A stretch of 64,000 bases of DNA, taken from Octopus sinensis. Its lineage: Eukaryota. The notes beneath the pieces were generated by a model, which made no database searches, was not told where the DNA came from, and saw only the letters and a program-made list of their open reading frames with translations. A program made the position numbers and the translations under genes. The stretch spans positions 64,232,001 to 64,296,000 of the forward strand of contig NC_042998.1 in NCBI RefSeq assembly GCF_006345805.1, read 5' to 3'. Positions 38,175 through 54,020 of this stretch are shown piece by piece (position 1 is the stretch's first letter; every line of letters begins with the position of its first letter).

Positions 38175-41101
38175 CATAATTAATTCAAGAATAACTTTTT
38201 CTTTCGGTGGTGCAAGTGCTTCATTCAAAATTGATCTATATTTTATTCACATGTATTTGCCTAATCTCATACATTCTATATTGCGAGATGTATTTTATTA
38301 CTGATGTTATTCCTTGATAAACTGTGGCTTTGTGTTCACCTTCTGCATGTCTTATTATTGAGAAACACTTTCATGTGGAGAATGTATCCGTACCGTGTTA
38401 AAGCGTTGTGAATCCTCTTGTCGAATGAACAGTGGTTTCAGTAAACACCACGTATGCCATGTATAGTTGATTAATTCTGTAAAAACAAACTCCTTCGTGA
38501 GCATCTCGTAATTGATGTTTACTTAAATTTCCTAAATTTCCATTATATGCCAAACTGTTGCGAAACTCCACCAGGCATTCCCACTTTTACATCAAAGAGT
38601 TTGGACGAATAATTCTGGTTAGGCACAGTACGGATGCGACTTCCATTATTTGTGCAATTAGACGGATACAAATCTCGTTTCCACTTATGAGGAGAGCCAC
38701 ATGCCTACATTCCCAATATGTTCTGCCAACCTATTTCAATGTTATCTATCACATTAATTATGTTCTTATACACTCATAATGTAATCAGATTTAAATATTA
38801 GATGACTGAACATATTCTTCGTGTTATAGAGTCTAAAATGTCTTCTAGAATTCCGTTTTAATTTATTAACAACTAAGTTTGTTTACAGTGAGCCTACCTG
38901 CCTCAGTATTCTTCAGGTTTAGTGACTATTTGAATAGCTGTTAATTAGTTATTCACTGCTAAACCTGTAAGCATGTAGTGTTGCTGCCAATAACAATATC
39001 ACATAACAATTTCTGGTTACGGCCCTCGTTGTATAGGTAAGAATATTTCGCAGAATCTGAACCATCGTATTACTTTATTAAAAGCATGTAATATTTACGA
39101 AATCCATGCACTGAAGCTTGTTTTTCACAGTTCGATTTTCCTGAAAGTGTTTTAATTATGTTGCACAACGGAACTAAGTTATAACCACAAATTTCAGAAT
39201 CCATTTCATCAACAATTTCAGTCCTATATTTATTTCCCGCCTCATATTTAAGATAAATGTGCTGTGTCATTCTATTCAACTTCACTTTCAAAGCATGCTT
39301 AAATGTGTCAAGTGAAAATGTGTTACAAGATTTAAATTAGATTCATAAACACACACACACTAAAAAACAATTTGCTTTTAAATGCATCCTCCACACGCTT
39401 CCAAAGCTTTCTGATGGATTAATTAAATTAAAATTAATTGATAAAATATATCGCATTTTAGTTTACTGCACAAAATATTTTTAATATGAGCATTCTCCAG
39501 ACAACAATTAAAGTCCATATTTATAGAACGCAAAACAGGACTGCCGCTTGAAGGCAGATTCATTAACGGCAGCGTAAACAGTTTTTTCTTTAGAAATATT
39601 TAATTACCTAGACATGATATCTGTTTCATTTGTTTGGTGTGTACCGTGTGTGATCACCTTCCTTTTCTATTTCTGAGACAGATTAGATCGACAGAATATT
39701 TACCAGAGGAATTGAGATGTATGAACAGATGAAATTTCTAAGAAGTTGTATCTGCGTCGGAATGAGTACAAAAAGGATTTGTAAGAGATTTTTGTAGCGA
39801 AATCTCAACGGAGTATAGAACATAGGTGGCGAGGGTGGGGAACAAATGTGTCGGGTTGACTTCGCTGGAAATCGTTCTATTTTAATCTGCCAATGTAGCA
39901 ATGATTTCGTAGGGAATAGAGAAGATATATCACGACTTCTAAATAAGTAGGTTAGTAGGTGTTGGAATAAGATAATGATACTAGGTCATGTGGACTTTTT
40001 TTAATTGTATGCCCGTATATTTAAGGGCAGAAAAGCCATCCCAAGCGCATGACCAGCTTTCCCTTTCCATGAGTTTCTTACAGGAAATGTAACAGGTTTT
40101 TTTTATGAAGTGTTTTCAATATATTAAATGGAAAACCGAAAATCTTTCTGCATTATTAGCAGCATTAAACAGAAAGCATCAAGAAAAATTGTAAACGAGA
40201 ACTATAATTCATAATTTTATCCAGAATAAATGTTCCACGGTATCCATATGTTATGTGATTGAGATTTATTGTAACCGTTGCTGTATTGAAGGTCCGGTTA
40301 TGAATGATATCCCATCACTGAAGTGTTCCTTTTAGGATTGTACTTCTGGAACAAGTGCATGAGTTAGCGTGACCTGAATATATTAGATATATTTAATACT
40401 TTTTGAAGTCGCTTAGTAAGAGTGAAGGGCAGTAGCATGATCCTGGTACACAATGCTTTATGTGAATTCTTGTAGAGGTTTGCTGTATCAAATTAAGATT
40501 GAGTGCGACAAAGCACAAAGAGCAAAGTGGAAAAAATTAGAAGATTGAATGAAAAGATTACTATGTCAGCAAAATTTAAAACTATGCAATGTGACTGTAT
40601 GCTTCCTTCCAAGAATACGATACGGATGGATCATATTGGCTTTCAGACTGATTAATACATCTGTATGTTAGGCACATGAAAATATTAAAATAATTAGCTA
40701 TTCTGAATGAAGGGTACTAATCAGATTTTGTCCAATTTTGCAAGAAGGGGTACCGAAGATATCATGGTATATTCCCGTGTCACTGCAGTATATGTCACTT
40801 TAAGATTGGCGTAGAGACAGGTCGCTCAGTTGTGCCAAAGATCAAGTTATTATGTAACGAGTATTTAAAATAAATGCCTCTCACCTGTCAGATGTTTGAA
40901 ATAAGATAAATAATACTAAGCAACGATGTATCGCACTACTTGGAAGATAATTAGTGAAGGTGTGACTTGCAAGAATAAGAGCTTGTAGCATTCAGGCGAT
41001 TTTCTTTGTGTTGAGGTGACTATCGTTTTAACTTTGGATAATCTTGACTGAATATATCTTTTATTAAAATATTGCCTGTGTACGTCTGATACCTATACAT
41101 C

Positions 41102-41490
41102 TTGTTGTTGTCACTCCGTCGCTTATGGCGATGAGGGTTCCAGCTGATCTGATCAACGGAACAGCCTGCTCGTGAAATTAACGAGCAAGTGACTGAGCAC
41201 TCCACAGACACGTGTACCATTAACGTAGTTCTCAGGGATATTCAGCGTGACGCATAGTGTGATAAGGGTGGCCCTTTGAATTAAAGGCACGACAGAAAAA
41301 GAAAGTAAGAGTGAGAGAAAGTTGTGACGAAAGAGTACAGCAGGGTTCGCCACCATCCCCTGCCGGAGCCTCAAGGCGCTTTTAGGTGTTTTCGCTCAAT
41401 AAACCCTCACAACACCCTGTCTGGGAATCGAAACCGTGATCCTATGACCGCGAGTCCGCTTCCCTAACCACTGGGCCATTGCATCTCCAC
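41102..41490 (-). mobile_element. Full-length tRNA-derived SINE with (AAC)n tail
   Basis: Minus strand: TGGCCCAGTGGTTAGGG (A-box), GGTTTCGATTCC (B-box), ending in ACAACAACAA. Confidence 0.8.
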
Positions 41491-42553
41491 ATATATATTT
41501 TATAACAGTGATTATATCGTAAACACATACCTCTTTATATTAAAGGAGATAAAGACTACTTTAAAGATGTCTAGCTTCAATTTCTAGCATGATTAAGATT
41601 TACACTGAGGTATTCTCGCACAAACTGGTTGATTCTTGCAAAGACAGGTATGATGTATTTTAACAGGAATTGGACAATCAATTAGGAAGAATTTTGTAAT
41701 GCACGATATATTTACACGACAAAGAACTTACTATAATCATATTGACAGAATGGTGAGTATACAATTAGACGAGAATTTAATACCATAGTAGACTTTATTC
41801 CAGGTGAAAATATAGCACCTATATTACGTTGTAGTGTGAAAATCGATACGCCAGCGAAGCATCAATTAAAATACTTGTTATGGAGGTTGCATTAAAATAT
41901 CAGGACATTGTGTGGAATAGAACGTACAAGAAAAGAGATAAAAACTAATGTTGATTAGCAACATAACCCGTATTTGCTGACTTGAGAAACAATAGAGTGT
42001 GAAAAAAAGTAGAGATGCAAATGAATGGATAATACAGAGCATTGAACAAGTCTTTTTTTCTTTATTTGCTGATGAAGAATGATAAAGTAAATAAGATATT
42101 TCAACAAATGATTATACACATTATAGAACGGATCATATTTTGCAAATGAGAACAAAAGTTTCATCATGGAATGAATGAAGACTGAAACAATAGGATATCC
42201 ATAGAGAGCTCCGAAAAAATTAAAACATTACAAGAACATGACGTGTAGAAATCTAAAGAAAGGTGTAATGTGTTAAATAGTTGTTTAAATCCAACATGTT
42301 TCAAGTAAGCGTTCCAAGACAGATGAGTGCTGAGTAATATCCTCTAAAAAAGCCTAGCTAGAAAGAACATAGTATTCTAGAAAGGAAAGAATATCATTAA
42401 AAGTGGAATTATTAAAGTTATAAATAATAAGTATTTTTATGTGAATCATGTCTGCGGAACACATGTACCGGAAGACATGTTATTACAGTTAGGGTTGCAT
42501 GACAGTTTTCAAAGAAGTACACACACAGACACACATACTGAAACACACGCACG

Positions 42554-42628
<75 letters not shown>

Positions 42629-43299
42629 GCTAACACACACACACGCGCACACTAGCAAACGTATAGGTTTGAAATAAGTAATATGAGGGGCGGATATTGT
42701 AAAATTAAATAAAAATAATATCAAAGTCCTACATGGAAATCAGCGGGCCCAAAACGTAAAACAGAAATGTTGTGTAAAATATATGATGTATTTTGACTGC
42801 AATGTGTGCAACAAACAGAAATAGAGAAAGAGGCGAAACGATGTGAAGGATCGTGACCTGTTAGTTAGGCTGTTGTACTTACGATCGCTAGCTCGTGGGT
42901 TCAGTTCCAATACAGGCGGTACGTTGCTTTCTGAAGAAATTCACGTAATTTCACGTTCCGCCAACAACGATAAGGTGAGCATTGTTGGTCTGCTCACCTA
43001 CCTAGTGGCTGGCGTTATTCGAAGATTAAAACAATGCAAAGAATATTATGACCAGCGATGTATAACAACATCTCATAGTCAGGTTTGTGACGTTATCACA
43101 CACACATATAAACACGCGTGCGCATACGCACGCACACATATACACGAACATGGACACAGGAATACATAGCTACTTTTTTTAGGTGGTTTAAATTAATTTC
43201 TAAAAAGGATTCAGAATGAATACTAAATCCTGCTAAACGCTAGGTACCCCTTCCTCGCAACATAAAATTCCATCATTTTCTCTCTCCATAAGACCAAAG

Positions 43300-43850
43300 C
43301 AAAGAAAAATAACGCGAACATTCCCTCCTTCGGGAAGGTAGCTCTGTTCCGTTTGTAGGAAAGGTATCGGCAGGAACTCTGTACGGTGAATCCAGTGCAA
43401 GCAGGTTAACTGGAAGGTAATCAGAGAAGATAGTTTTCATATGTGGAAGATGCTCTGAAGCCTTAACACTTCATAGATTGATCTTCTCAAATGCCCTGGT
43501 GGTTCATTGGCGGTAGTAGAAAATTTCTGGTACGTAGGGGACCACATTAGTAGTGGGGGAGGATACACGGAGAGTGTAATAGCTACAATAAGAATAGAAT
43601 TGATGGAATTCAGAGAGTTGTTACCACTGCTAGCCACCAAAGTTTTCTCTCTCCGAGTGAATGGAAGATTCCATGGTGAATTTATACAGACAGCAATTCT
43701 TACACGGTGGTGAGATGTGGGCCGTGAATGCTAAGGAAATGCGAATAATAGAAAGGAATGGGGCTAGTATGTTCCGCTGGATATGTAATGTCAGTTGTAC
43801 ATGTTCGACAGAGTGCCACTCTTCTGAGAGAGAAATTAGGCATAAGAGGA
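43300..43850 (+). mobile_element. RTE-type LINE RT fragment
   Basis: VVENFWYVGDHISSGGG..FRELLPLL..FSLRVNGR, then LHGGEMWAV..IERNGASMFRWICNV after a frameshift. Confidence 0.75.
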
Positions 43851-44169
43851 ATTCGTTTCTGCGTGCAAGAGAGAAGACTGCGCCCCCCTCTCCAGACATA
43901 CACGTGCACACTATGAAAGACACACATGCACACATATATCCGTATATGGAGGACGGTCGTCTGCCCAGTTTGCATGGAGCTAATTCACTCATAAGGCATC
44001 GGTCGACCCGAAGCTGAAGAGAACTGTTGGCCAAGGTGCCGCCTAGACTGAATGTAAAGCCTCTGAGAATTCCATCTTACTCTGAGGTGGATTTTGAGAG
44101 AAGAAGAAGAAAGTCTGCCTGTGGGCACTACCACTCGCAAAGAAAACCATTTATGTCTATTCTTATTAT

Positions 44170-44485
44170 TCTTTTCCTCTTTTTCTTGTTTCAGTTATAT
44201 GGCTGCGGCCATGTTGGACCCACTGCTTTGTAGTCGAACAAATCGACCCCAGGACTTGTTCTTTGTAAGCCTAGTACTTATTCTAGCGCTCTCCTTTGGC
44301 CGAACCACTAAGTTACACAGACGTAAACACACCAATAGCGGTTGTCGGGCGTTTGTGGGGAAGGTTTCTTTCCGTTTCCATCCACCAAATTTATTCACGA
44401 GGTTTTGGTTTGCCTGAGCCTATAGAAGAAGACACTTGCCCAAGGTGCCACACAGTGGGACTGAACTCGGAACTACGCAATTGCC
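44170..44485 (-). mobile_element. tRNA-derived SINE (internally deleted)
   Basis: Both head (GTTCAGTCCCACTG..CACCTTGGGCAAGTGTC on minus) and tail match 61946-62385. Confidence 0.7.
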
Positions 44486-47400
44486 ACACAGCAGACGCTG
44501 ATACATAAGAACACAAATCATACTCGATGATGCGCCAGGGTACAAATGAATAGACAGTTATTTATTATGACACATAACCAAAAGGATATTACACTTTGTT
44601 TTAAAGTCTTCCCTTCGATTGTAGATGTTTGGCTACATTATATGTAATAAAATAACCAAGCATATGGCAATTGCCAAGGGTTTGATCCTTGACCGACGTA
44701 CTGGAACTAATCAATAATCTTTTATTGATTATACGACTGGTTGGCTTGAGGTTTACAAATATTTTTGTCATGTAGGACACAGACATATTTTTCAAACCGA
44801 AGCAATATCTATAGCTTCGCACATTATGTTTAGAGTCCACGTCATTCAATATAATTACGTATTTGTTCCTATAGATCTGTCTGCAACTGTCGATAATATT
44901 TGAATTTTATACAGTTATGCAGAATGTTGTATACAGCGACTATCCTATTCACCTTCATTACCTAAGATGCAATACGTAAATTAGTGTTTATAACTCCATT
45001 CACTTGCATTTTACAGCGTTATTGACAATGAATCACAATCTGAGAGAGTATTCAGTTTACGGCAATATTTACAGGTTTCAATATTTTACTTTAGGCAGCT
45101 TGCATTTAGATATTGTCGTTTAAAACATTGTACTTGATATAATTTAATTTATACAGATCAATGTTTTTGCATCTTATTCATTTAATATTTTATAGCGTGC
45201 AAGATGTTGTAAATAAAACCCATAATACGTGGAATTTACTTGAGATTTACTGTAGTAACTAGAAAATCTCTGTAGAATTTCGTATATAATCTAGAATTCC
45301 TGTTACAGCAAAACAAACGCTACCTCAGTTCATTAAAATATTATTTCTGTTTAGATTAGCCCCAAATCAAGCAGCGTCTTTCATACTAATGTTGTTACTT
45401 TGCTCATAATCAGTTTAACATATGTCACGGCTTTCGCTATTTATATTTGACATATGACTAATGAAGTGTATCTAAATGTCAGGCTGTGATCTCTTATGAC
45501 TGACTTTATTTTGTTATGTTTTTGCTATGAGATCTTGGGTTAAGTTCATCTCAAAACATATGAGAGAGTAACAGAGGATATAGCTGTCCCTTTAGGGCAT
45601 ATAAGGGCGGTGTATGCGCTCAGCTTTATAGTTATTCTTACGTCTACTGCTTTCACTATGAACTGTACTCATTCCTTTTCAATATTTTGCAAATGTATGC
45701 TTTTAACGGCTGCAGTGCATTTTCTGTGATGATCGGCATCAGGAGCGCGAACACTCTTCATAGCATGTAGGCTTCTTAACGTGGAATAAATGTAAGGAAC
45801 TGAGAACCAAAGCTCTCTCTGTCCTTTAAAAACATTTTGTACAAGCCTGGGAATGTTTCAACCCTGTCAGTTACTATTTATTTACCTGATACTATTATTT
45901 GAATGTGATTCAGGGTGTCGGTTCATATTAGCAGTTTCATAAAAAGTCATCTCGTTCCATTATGAGATGTTTCTGTCGCGAACACCCTTCAGCTCCAATC
46001 ATTCGGATTTTTTAAATATTAAACAAGGTCTTCTCGTTGACGATGGCGTTGTAGACAAACAGGAGCATATGATCGGTCACTCATTTGCATTACAACATAT
46101 GATCAATCATGCATTTGTATTGCAACATACTTCATATTGCTTCAAAAAAACTGACACAGATTATTTATAATCTTCGTAAACTCGTCTTGCACACATTCAT
46201 TATGTTTCATTGTTTACATCCGTACGCAGTCTGTTTGAAGATATGTTTCTCAGAGATTATAGAAAAGTTCAGTTGTAGAATATTTATTTCGACATAAACT
46301 GTTACGTGTATTGTGTAAAGTTTCAATAGTCAAACTGAGGAGTATAGAATTGACATAATTGGCCGCAGCACACGATTTAGAGAGACTATTCTACTATTAT
46401 CAATAGGCAAGCCATCTTTGAATGTTGTTTAGAAAACTCTGCTGGAAATTGACATTTGTTACATAAGATTCAATACGATTTTATACTAAACACCATCCAT
46501 GGAAATAATTTTGTTTACTGATTATGAAGGCAGAATGTTTTATTGTGTTAGTATACCCTCTCCAAACAATTTTCTTAGGGAGCATCCGAAGGTTTTGTCT
46601 TATAATATTGGAGGAATTTGAATATGAAGCACTCCAGGAGGAAAATATTGTAATTATTTCTGAGACTACTGTATATAATTCGAGTTTATACACTCGTGAA
46701 GCCTAAAACAGTTATTGTTTTTAAATAGTCACGGTGGATTGAATATCATTGTACGTGCAATAAAAATATACTTCCACTGTTCCCTAATTTAAATCAATTT
46801 GCGTCGCACCAGCATTATTCTGCATCCGAAGAACATCTTCAATTGAAAATTCACTCAATAAACAAATAGAAGTTTCACATTGTTATCATTTGCCCAATCA
46901 TCGACATGCCTCACTCACGTTTCCACTTCTCGTATCCGCTATGGTTGTATGGCTTTCTACTCCATTAGCTTTTCGACTGATCACGGATGAAATAATTTGC
47001 TTATATGCGAGATAGTATTCGCTCCATCTTTTACTGTAAATTACCATAAAATAACCACAATTCGAAGACGAGGATAAGCTTCCTTTAGAAAACCATTAAA
47101 TCTCAACAATACCATGGTTTATCATTTATTTGAAATAATCTCATGACATATAGGCTAACATGATTTTACGCTGCATACCTCGAATATACACCGATATCTC
47201 TTCCAAAAGATATTATATTATTAGAATATCGCATTCTTGAAAAGCATTATCGTAACATTATCCGTTGCAAAACTCATAGTCTTTTCACTTGACTTGTTTA
47301 CGTTTACCATTTGTCACTTATTCTGTTGTACTTTCATCATACTTCCAAATCTTTTAGCATCATGCATGCAAAGATTTAATCATTAATTTATCTAATAATC

Positions 47401-48840
47401 GTAGTTAGATTGGCCATCTACATATATTTCTTTCTTTTATTATATGAGCGATTAAAACCAGTTTAAATAGAAGTGTTTTTTTTTTCAAAAACATAACGTA
47501 CATCTCAACAAAGGGCTTTTCATTTCAGATAGTTACATACACGTATTAAATGACAGAGTGATACATTAACGAATGCACTCTAGACGAAAAGCGAGATTAA
47601 CCAGAAGATTCAACGAGTTGAAGGCTCATTGATGTAAACGGAATTATTGAACTGAAAGATCTAATGTTGATCTTAACATTGCGAAATATGTATGGCATGT
47701 ATGGCTTTAAATATCTTTCAAGTGATCGGGAAAATGTTGATGCTAAACGATAAGACTTTCACACCATAGGCAGCGAATAATACAGAAGCGATCAATGGGT
47801 TTCTTGCTGAAAATAAATTTACTCCATTAAGTTGATATATTACTTTATATCGTCGTTCGGATATGTTACACGGTATTTGTTGCAGATATTTTTATATTAA
47901 TTTATGCATCCTTTGAGATCGTACTCGCCTAAATTCTCAAGATTGCGATATCTCTTGATATTTTTGTAATATAATTCACTTTGCCTTCTCTCAGGGCCTT
48001 ATATGATTTCATATTTTTGCTGTGCAAAATGTATCTTTTCAGGATATCCATCCTCAAAACAAGTTGATGTTATTTGTCTTCAATAATCAATTCTTTATCT
48101 CTTTGTTCTTCACTTTTAGTTTGTCACCTTCCAGCAGCTTGTTATCTTAGGTTTTCAGTTATATGATTTCATTTGTCAGAAATCTCATTAGAAATTATGC
48201 TACGATTTTGGCCAGTATTTTGTTTATTGTTTTATAACTTAGTTTATAGGTTCATTTTACATTCTACTTGCTAGACATTGCTAAAACTGAGCATCAGCTC
48301 TTTCGCTGCCTTCATTAATAGTTGTCACAAGAATTCACACACGTTTTAGTCTTTCACTATTTAACGACATCAAATCAAGGCATAGTCTAAAATTTATTGT
48401 AATCGACTAACAAAAACTATTAGGGACAAGCTACGTTAGTTTTGTAGCTGGTTTCCCGGAAGTTTGCTTTGCTTTTTAGCCTTTGATATATGCACCGCTT
48501 GCATTACGTCGTCCATTCGATTCTCTGCGATTTCCGTTCATTTTTTTTACCTCATAATTGAAAGAAAATGATACGTATAAGGATTATCTACTTATTTAGT
48601 ATTATCTTGGTTTTAAGTAATACATTATAACAAATTCTTCGTTTTACCTGTTAATGTGGCGTGAAAATTGAAAACCTTGCCGTCATTTAAAAGTTGAAAT
48701 TACGCACAATTTCATATATTACAGTTAATAAATATCCAATTAACCTCAGCTCAAGTATTATGTAAATCGATATAAAAAATATGTATATTCTTCCTCACTC
48801 ACATGATACGAAGTGTGAATTGTGATCGTGTTTGAAAAGT

Positions 48841-48994
48841 GGTGTGGCTGTGCGGTAAGAAGATCCATTCTCAACGACATGGTCCCTGGTTCAGTCCCAC
48901 AGCGGGCAAGTGTGCAAGGGGCTTATACTATATCCTTGGGCCGACCAAAGACTTGTGAATGGATACAGTAGACGGAAACTGGTAGGAGCCCGTC

Positions 48995-49072
<78 letters not shown>

Positions 49073-49185
49073 TCTGTATTCGTCTCTCTCTATCGCATGA
49101 CAACTGATATTGGCGTGTTTGCGGCCCGGTAACTTAGGGGTTCAGCTACAGATATCGATAGACTTATTGCCGGTCTTTAAAACCT
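48841..49185 (+). mobile_element. tRNA-derived SINE with internal (TA)n(TG)n
   Basis: TGGCTGTGCGGTAAG...GGTTCAGTCCC head. Same layout as 61946-62385. Confidence 0.7.
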
Positions 49186-49736
49186 GTACTCATGGCCTCA
49201 GTCTATCTGAAAACAGTATTAAGAAAGGATAAAGTAAAACTGGTTATGTAATAATGTCTTATTACTCATAATTTGTACGAAGAACCGCATTTGAACTCCG
49301 ATTTTCATCCCTATATCCACCTACATATACACGTGCCTGTATATGCTTCTACCTGCGTACGTATGTACGAATACATGTATGTATGTATTTTGGTATGGGA
49401 AAATCGAAATGAAGCAATGACACAATAAACGAAAGGCAACATGGGTTAAAGGATAAGCTGAAATTTCACGAGTCATGGCACCACCCTATATTCTTACGAA
49501 ATTTACTAGTAAATACCATGGATATGATATTTGCAAGACGTTGCAGGCGTTCTTCTGTGTCGAGGATGTAAGTTAAATATACATAACTACGATTACACAG
49601 ATATGATCTGATACACACATTAACACACACACGCGCTCAAAATTACCATATGCAAATACCGACATTTTGTTAGTACTTGAGTAGCGATTATTCAATAACA
49701 AAATTCATGTCATGCATATATATAGAGAAACGTGTG

Positions 49737-49788
<52 letters not shown>

Positions 49789-49841
49789 GATAGATAGATA
49801 GATATATAAAGAGATAAATATCGCACACATATACACACATG

Positions 49842-49880
<39 letters not shown>

Positions 49881-50134
49881 ACCAAAACGAAAAACGCGAC
49901 ACACACACATATACGCGTACAGGAAAACTTACATCGTTCTATCCATGGGTTATATGCTCCGTTATTAGACTATTGTCTTTACTCATTGCTTGGTGATCGC
50001 TTATAAGGTTTAAGCTTATAAAATACTATTATATATATATATATATGCTTGTGCATGTGGTTATATTTATGTATGTATATCATTATTATCATCATCATCA
50101 TCATCATCATCGTCGTCATCATCATCATCATTAT

Positions 50135-50575
50135 CAAGTCCGCTTAACTAATCCAACCAGTCGTTGGGGTCCCACTCTAGACGCTTTGTGATTCAGCCGG
50201 CGTCACTGATCTCTGTTCTCTTGTCATGCGTAACAGATTTCCGATGTTGTGACGTTACGTGGTCTATCATTTTGAATCTCTTTCAGCCACACTCAAACGT
50301 TCCCTCAAGCATGGTTTTTAGAAGATGGCGTTTTGCTGTGTTACATAACAGTGCGAGTCAAGTGTTTGTCATTTTACCCGCGCAGTGATTATTTACTATC
50401 TATAAGCATGTGTTAACTTGCTTCCAAACAAATTTGTTTTCTATTCTGCTCTGCATATTGGACACATTAGGCAGAGTACAGGTATGCGCTTGTACTCAAA
50501 TGCCTGGATTTTCCGGTCCATATCAGTAATGAAATATTCTCTCAAGCCCATGCAAAAGGATCGAAATCATCAGGT
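50135..50575 (-). mobile_element. Decayed RTE-type LINE 3' fragment with (GAT)n tail
   Basis: (ATC)n tract at 50085-50132 next to GC-richer, decayed LINE-like sequence. No intact ORF. Confidence 0.4.
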
Positions 50576-50859
50576 ACTGGTACACTGTGTGTCATATAAG
50601 ATGATTAATGGGGTTGCTTTCTATATGACTTTGAATTATTATCATATAACTCCTATTGAGTAAAAAATAAATAAGTGTTTACGGCGGCGCAGGGATGGCT
50701 GATGTTGTTGGCCTCTATAACTTAGACATCCTTAGGAAAGAAAATATCTACTCTAGAATTAATGGAAATATATAGAGACGATCGCCTAGGAGTGGCATAC
50801 AAGAACATTGCACTCGATATGGAAAAGACAGGAAACAAATATACGAAATGTTTAGCTAT

Positions 50860-51650
50860 TTAAATCTAAGAACCACAATTAATTGTAACCTTACAGAAGT
50901 CTATTTCTAGGAATAAACATAAAATTTCGTAATGGCAAATTAAAATCCTACTGCAAAACAAATGAGAAAGCCAACCTCAATCAATCGTTAAACAATTATA
51001 AAATCTGTTGAGCCAAATGTAGCTAGACCAAACAGTTGAAGAGAAAAGGTTTATGGTCTCATACATGATTAAAATACCAATATAGCTAAATCGTTTTTAC
51101 TAATATATAATTAATAAACACTCCCACACAAATACCATAAGGTTTTGAATAGAAATACTGATAAATTTCGATATAAATGTTCCCCAATATAGATTCATTA
51201 GTACGCAGTCACAATTAAAATGCGGTAAGAGATTGCAATTATATATCTGAACCGCTGCCCTCTGAATAATAGCAGTCTAGTAAAAGAAATTTTGCTCCAA
51301 GCCAAAATTACGGACCCCAACATACTAACAAAAACATATATAGGAAGGACGGGCAACTAGTTTAAGGAAAGATATAAACATTATCTGGCGTCATTAAGGG
51401 ACCAAAATATGAGACGCACGATATCCCTATCTAACATGATATGAACATTCAAAGAAGGAAATGTAAGCAACTCCCAGAAAACATGAAGTGTTATTACTAC
51501 AGTAGGAACATACAGAGAAAGTGATACCAAATATGAACATCATCCAATCAAAAGATAACATCTTAAATATTAGGGATGAAAACTTCTCTCCCTCTATGAA
51601 CAAGCAATATTATGTACTTTGAAAATATGTACTTTGAATATATGCCTCCT
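50860..51650 (+). mobile_element. Decayed Penelope-like GIY-YIG remnant
   Basis: KTYIGRTGN*FKERYKHYLASLRDQNMRRTISLSNMI* at ~51330-51445. Confidence 0.65.
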
Positions 51651-52011
51651 ATAAACGCCATGCATAGAATTCCGAGCTGCTACGGTATTCAAATATACAA
51701 GCATTAAAAATAAACCCAGCACATTGTACGATATAATCTAACTTAACATTCCTCAACCATCAAACCTTACAAATTCGACTTTGAAATAAGGGTAACAATA
51801 CGCGATATATGTGTAATAAAACGTAAAAGTAAATCACACGTAGAAGTTACGTAAAAGGCCATAAATTATACAACAAAAATGTGTTAAATAACTGCCCCTA
51901 CAGAATCGCATGTATGCATCTAAAATATAGACAGAGTATTATGCACGCAAGGGCAATATATATGCATGTGCCCCTATATCTAAATACATATATAGATTTA
52001 TATTATATTAT

Positions 52012-52054
<43 letters not shown>

Positions 52055-52099
52055 CATATTTGTGTAAATGTGTGTGGAATAATATTATGATTCATAATT

Positions 52100-53670
52100 A
52101 CCATACCATAAACCCTCTACTAATTTAATATATTAGAGCTAAAATAAGAGCTAATATATTAGCTCTTACAGTATTCACTGTAAAGCTATTACAGGGAATT
52201 TAGTTAAGAATATTTCACTTAGACTTTCTAGATTATCTGCTAATGTTGATAACTCCAACGATAAAGCCGACTTTTATAACTCAGCCATACATCTAGCGGG
52301 CTTTAACGAAACATTACCTATATTAACCCTATTGACATTAATTCTACCTCTATTAATCAGGACATGAAACCAATTCATAACGATATTAACCGTTTAAATT
52401 TTAATTCGAATAACAACACTAGATCGAGTAATGTAATTCTGCAGCCTAAGGGAAATAACTGTTCTTCTCTCACCCCTTTTTCGTTATAAAGGTACATCGA
52501 GGACTTTTAAAAGATAATTACACTAATAACAAGGTATGTCATAGAAAAACTGTTTAGTTGGTAATTCCATATTGTAAACAGATCAAATTTAACCTTCCTT
52601 ACCAGTTTTGTAAAGCTATAGATAAGAATTTCACCGAAAAATCATGATGCTATTCGGTTGTTGATTAACACCGAATCAAGATAGGGTTTTCTAACACTAA
52701 AAACATCTCCCAAATCATCTCTGCACATAATAATAAGTTGTTAAATACAAATACACTTAATGAAAATAGTAACATTGATGATATTAACACTAACCATTCA
52801 TTAAATAATAATAGCAACAATATTAGTATTTCTGATACAAATTCCAATCGCATTCGTTTCATTAGCAATAGTTCTAAGACTAGGAACTCTGTTTATCAAA
52901 GTAAAACTACTTCCGGTTCAGACGTCTTTACTTATATAGGTATTCCTTCTCAGTTCTCCGAAACAATATCTAAACATAACTAATCTAATCTAATCATTTA
53001 GACATATCAATAAACAGAACAATACTGGGCTGAGTAAATTAATCTGGTATCTGAAGGATCATAATAAACAGTTCGATTTGGAATGGAATATTGTATCTAA
53101 ATCATTTGCATATGATAAAGTGAAATATTTTTGCCCGCTCTCTAACGATGAACTTTATTTCATGCTGTTCTCAGAGAATCCTCCTGTTAACACGCTTCCA
53201 AGATTCAAGAATGCATTTATCGTTGCAACCTTTAGTAAAAACATACCTTAAGTTCATATCAGTGATTTCTACCAACCGGTAAAGTTCGACACTTAACTTA
53301 TATTTCACTCCCACTAAATATATCTATTTCCATGCCTTTAAACTTTATTCCTATTCACGTATCGCCCTATATTTCTCCACTTTCAATTTTCTTCTAATCT
53401 ATTTCTTCCTCCTCCCCTTTATATAAAATGCCTTTGACGTTGTATATATATAAGTTTTTTTTTATTATATATATGACGTACCAGTATATATGCAGTATAT
53501 ATATGTAGTAATCACATTCGGTTAAAACGTCTTATTTATGTGTTTTCTTTCTATTTCTTTCCCAGATGAGAAGATTGCATTGCATTTCATCATTTTCTTC
53601 CTTCTGGAATATCAATCGAAACATATATCGGAAGTATAAAGATTTGAATAACACCTGCGTTTAACTTCAT
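52100..53670 (+). mobile_element. Decayed Penelope-like element (linker + GIY-YIG + 3' HHR)
   Basis: NISQIISAHNNKLL, SVYQSK..DVFTYIG, NNTGLSKLIWYLKD..EWNIV..CPLSNDE. HHR-like motif in the 3' region. Confidence 0.75.
53558..53634 (+). ncRNA. Degenerate hammerhead at the PLE 3' end
   Basis: UUCC CAGAUGA gaa GAUUG...CAAUC GAAAC AUAU AUC GGAA. Two core substitutions. Confidence 0.5.
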
Positions 53671-54020
53671 TTCAATTATATATATGTATATGTATATATA
53701 CATATATGTATATATGAATGCATATATATATATATGTGTGTATGCATTTATGTATGTATATAACAATTATATAAAGTAAAGGCGCCTTTGTTAGCCACAA
53801 AAAATTACATTATATATATCCAGAGACATGGTTGGACAAAAAATCTAAGTGAAATAAGGATTGCATGTTACTTTTGCATGATAGAAAGAACTAATGTCAG
53901 TTAAATTGATATCATGATTTCAAATTTACCCGCCAAAAATACGCATGGTTCTCTTCACTCAAGTCTACTAATAGCAATCTCACATATCACTTCAAACAAT
54001 ATATATATATACATAAATAC

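Noticed and set aside
38355-38480. Possible minus-strand exon (..LINYTWHTWCLLKPLFIRQ..) after TTTTACAG
   Set aside because: Short, no recognisable homology, and no partner exons found.
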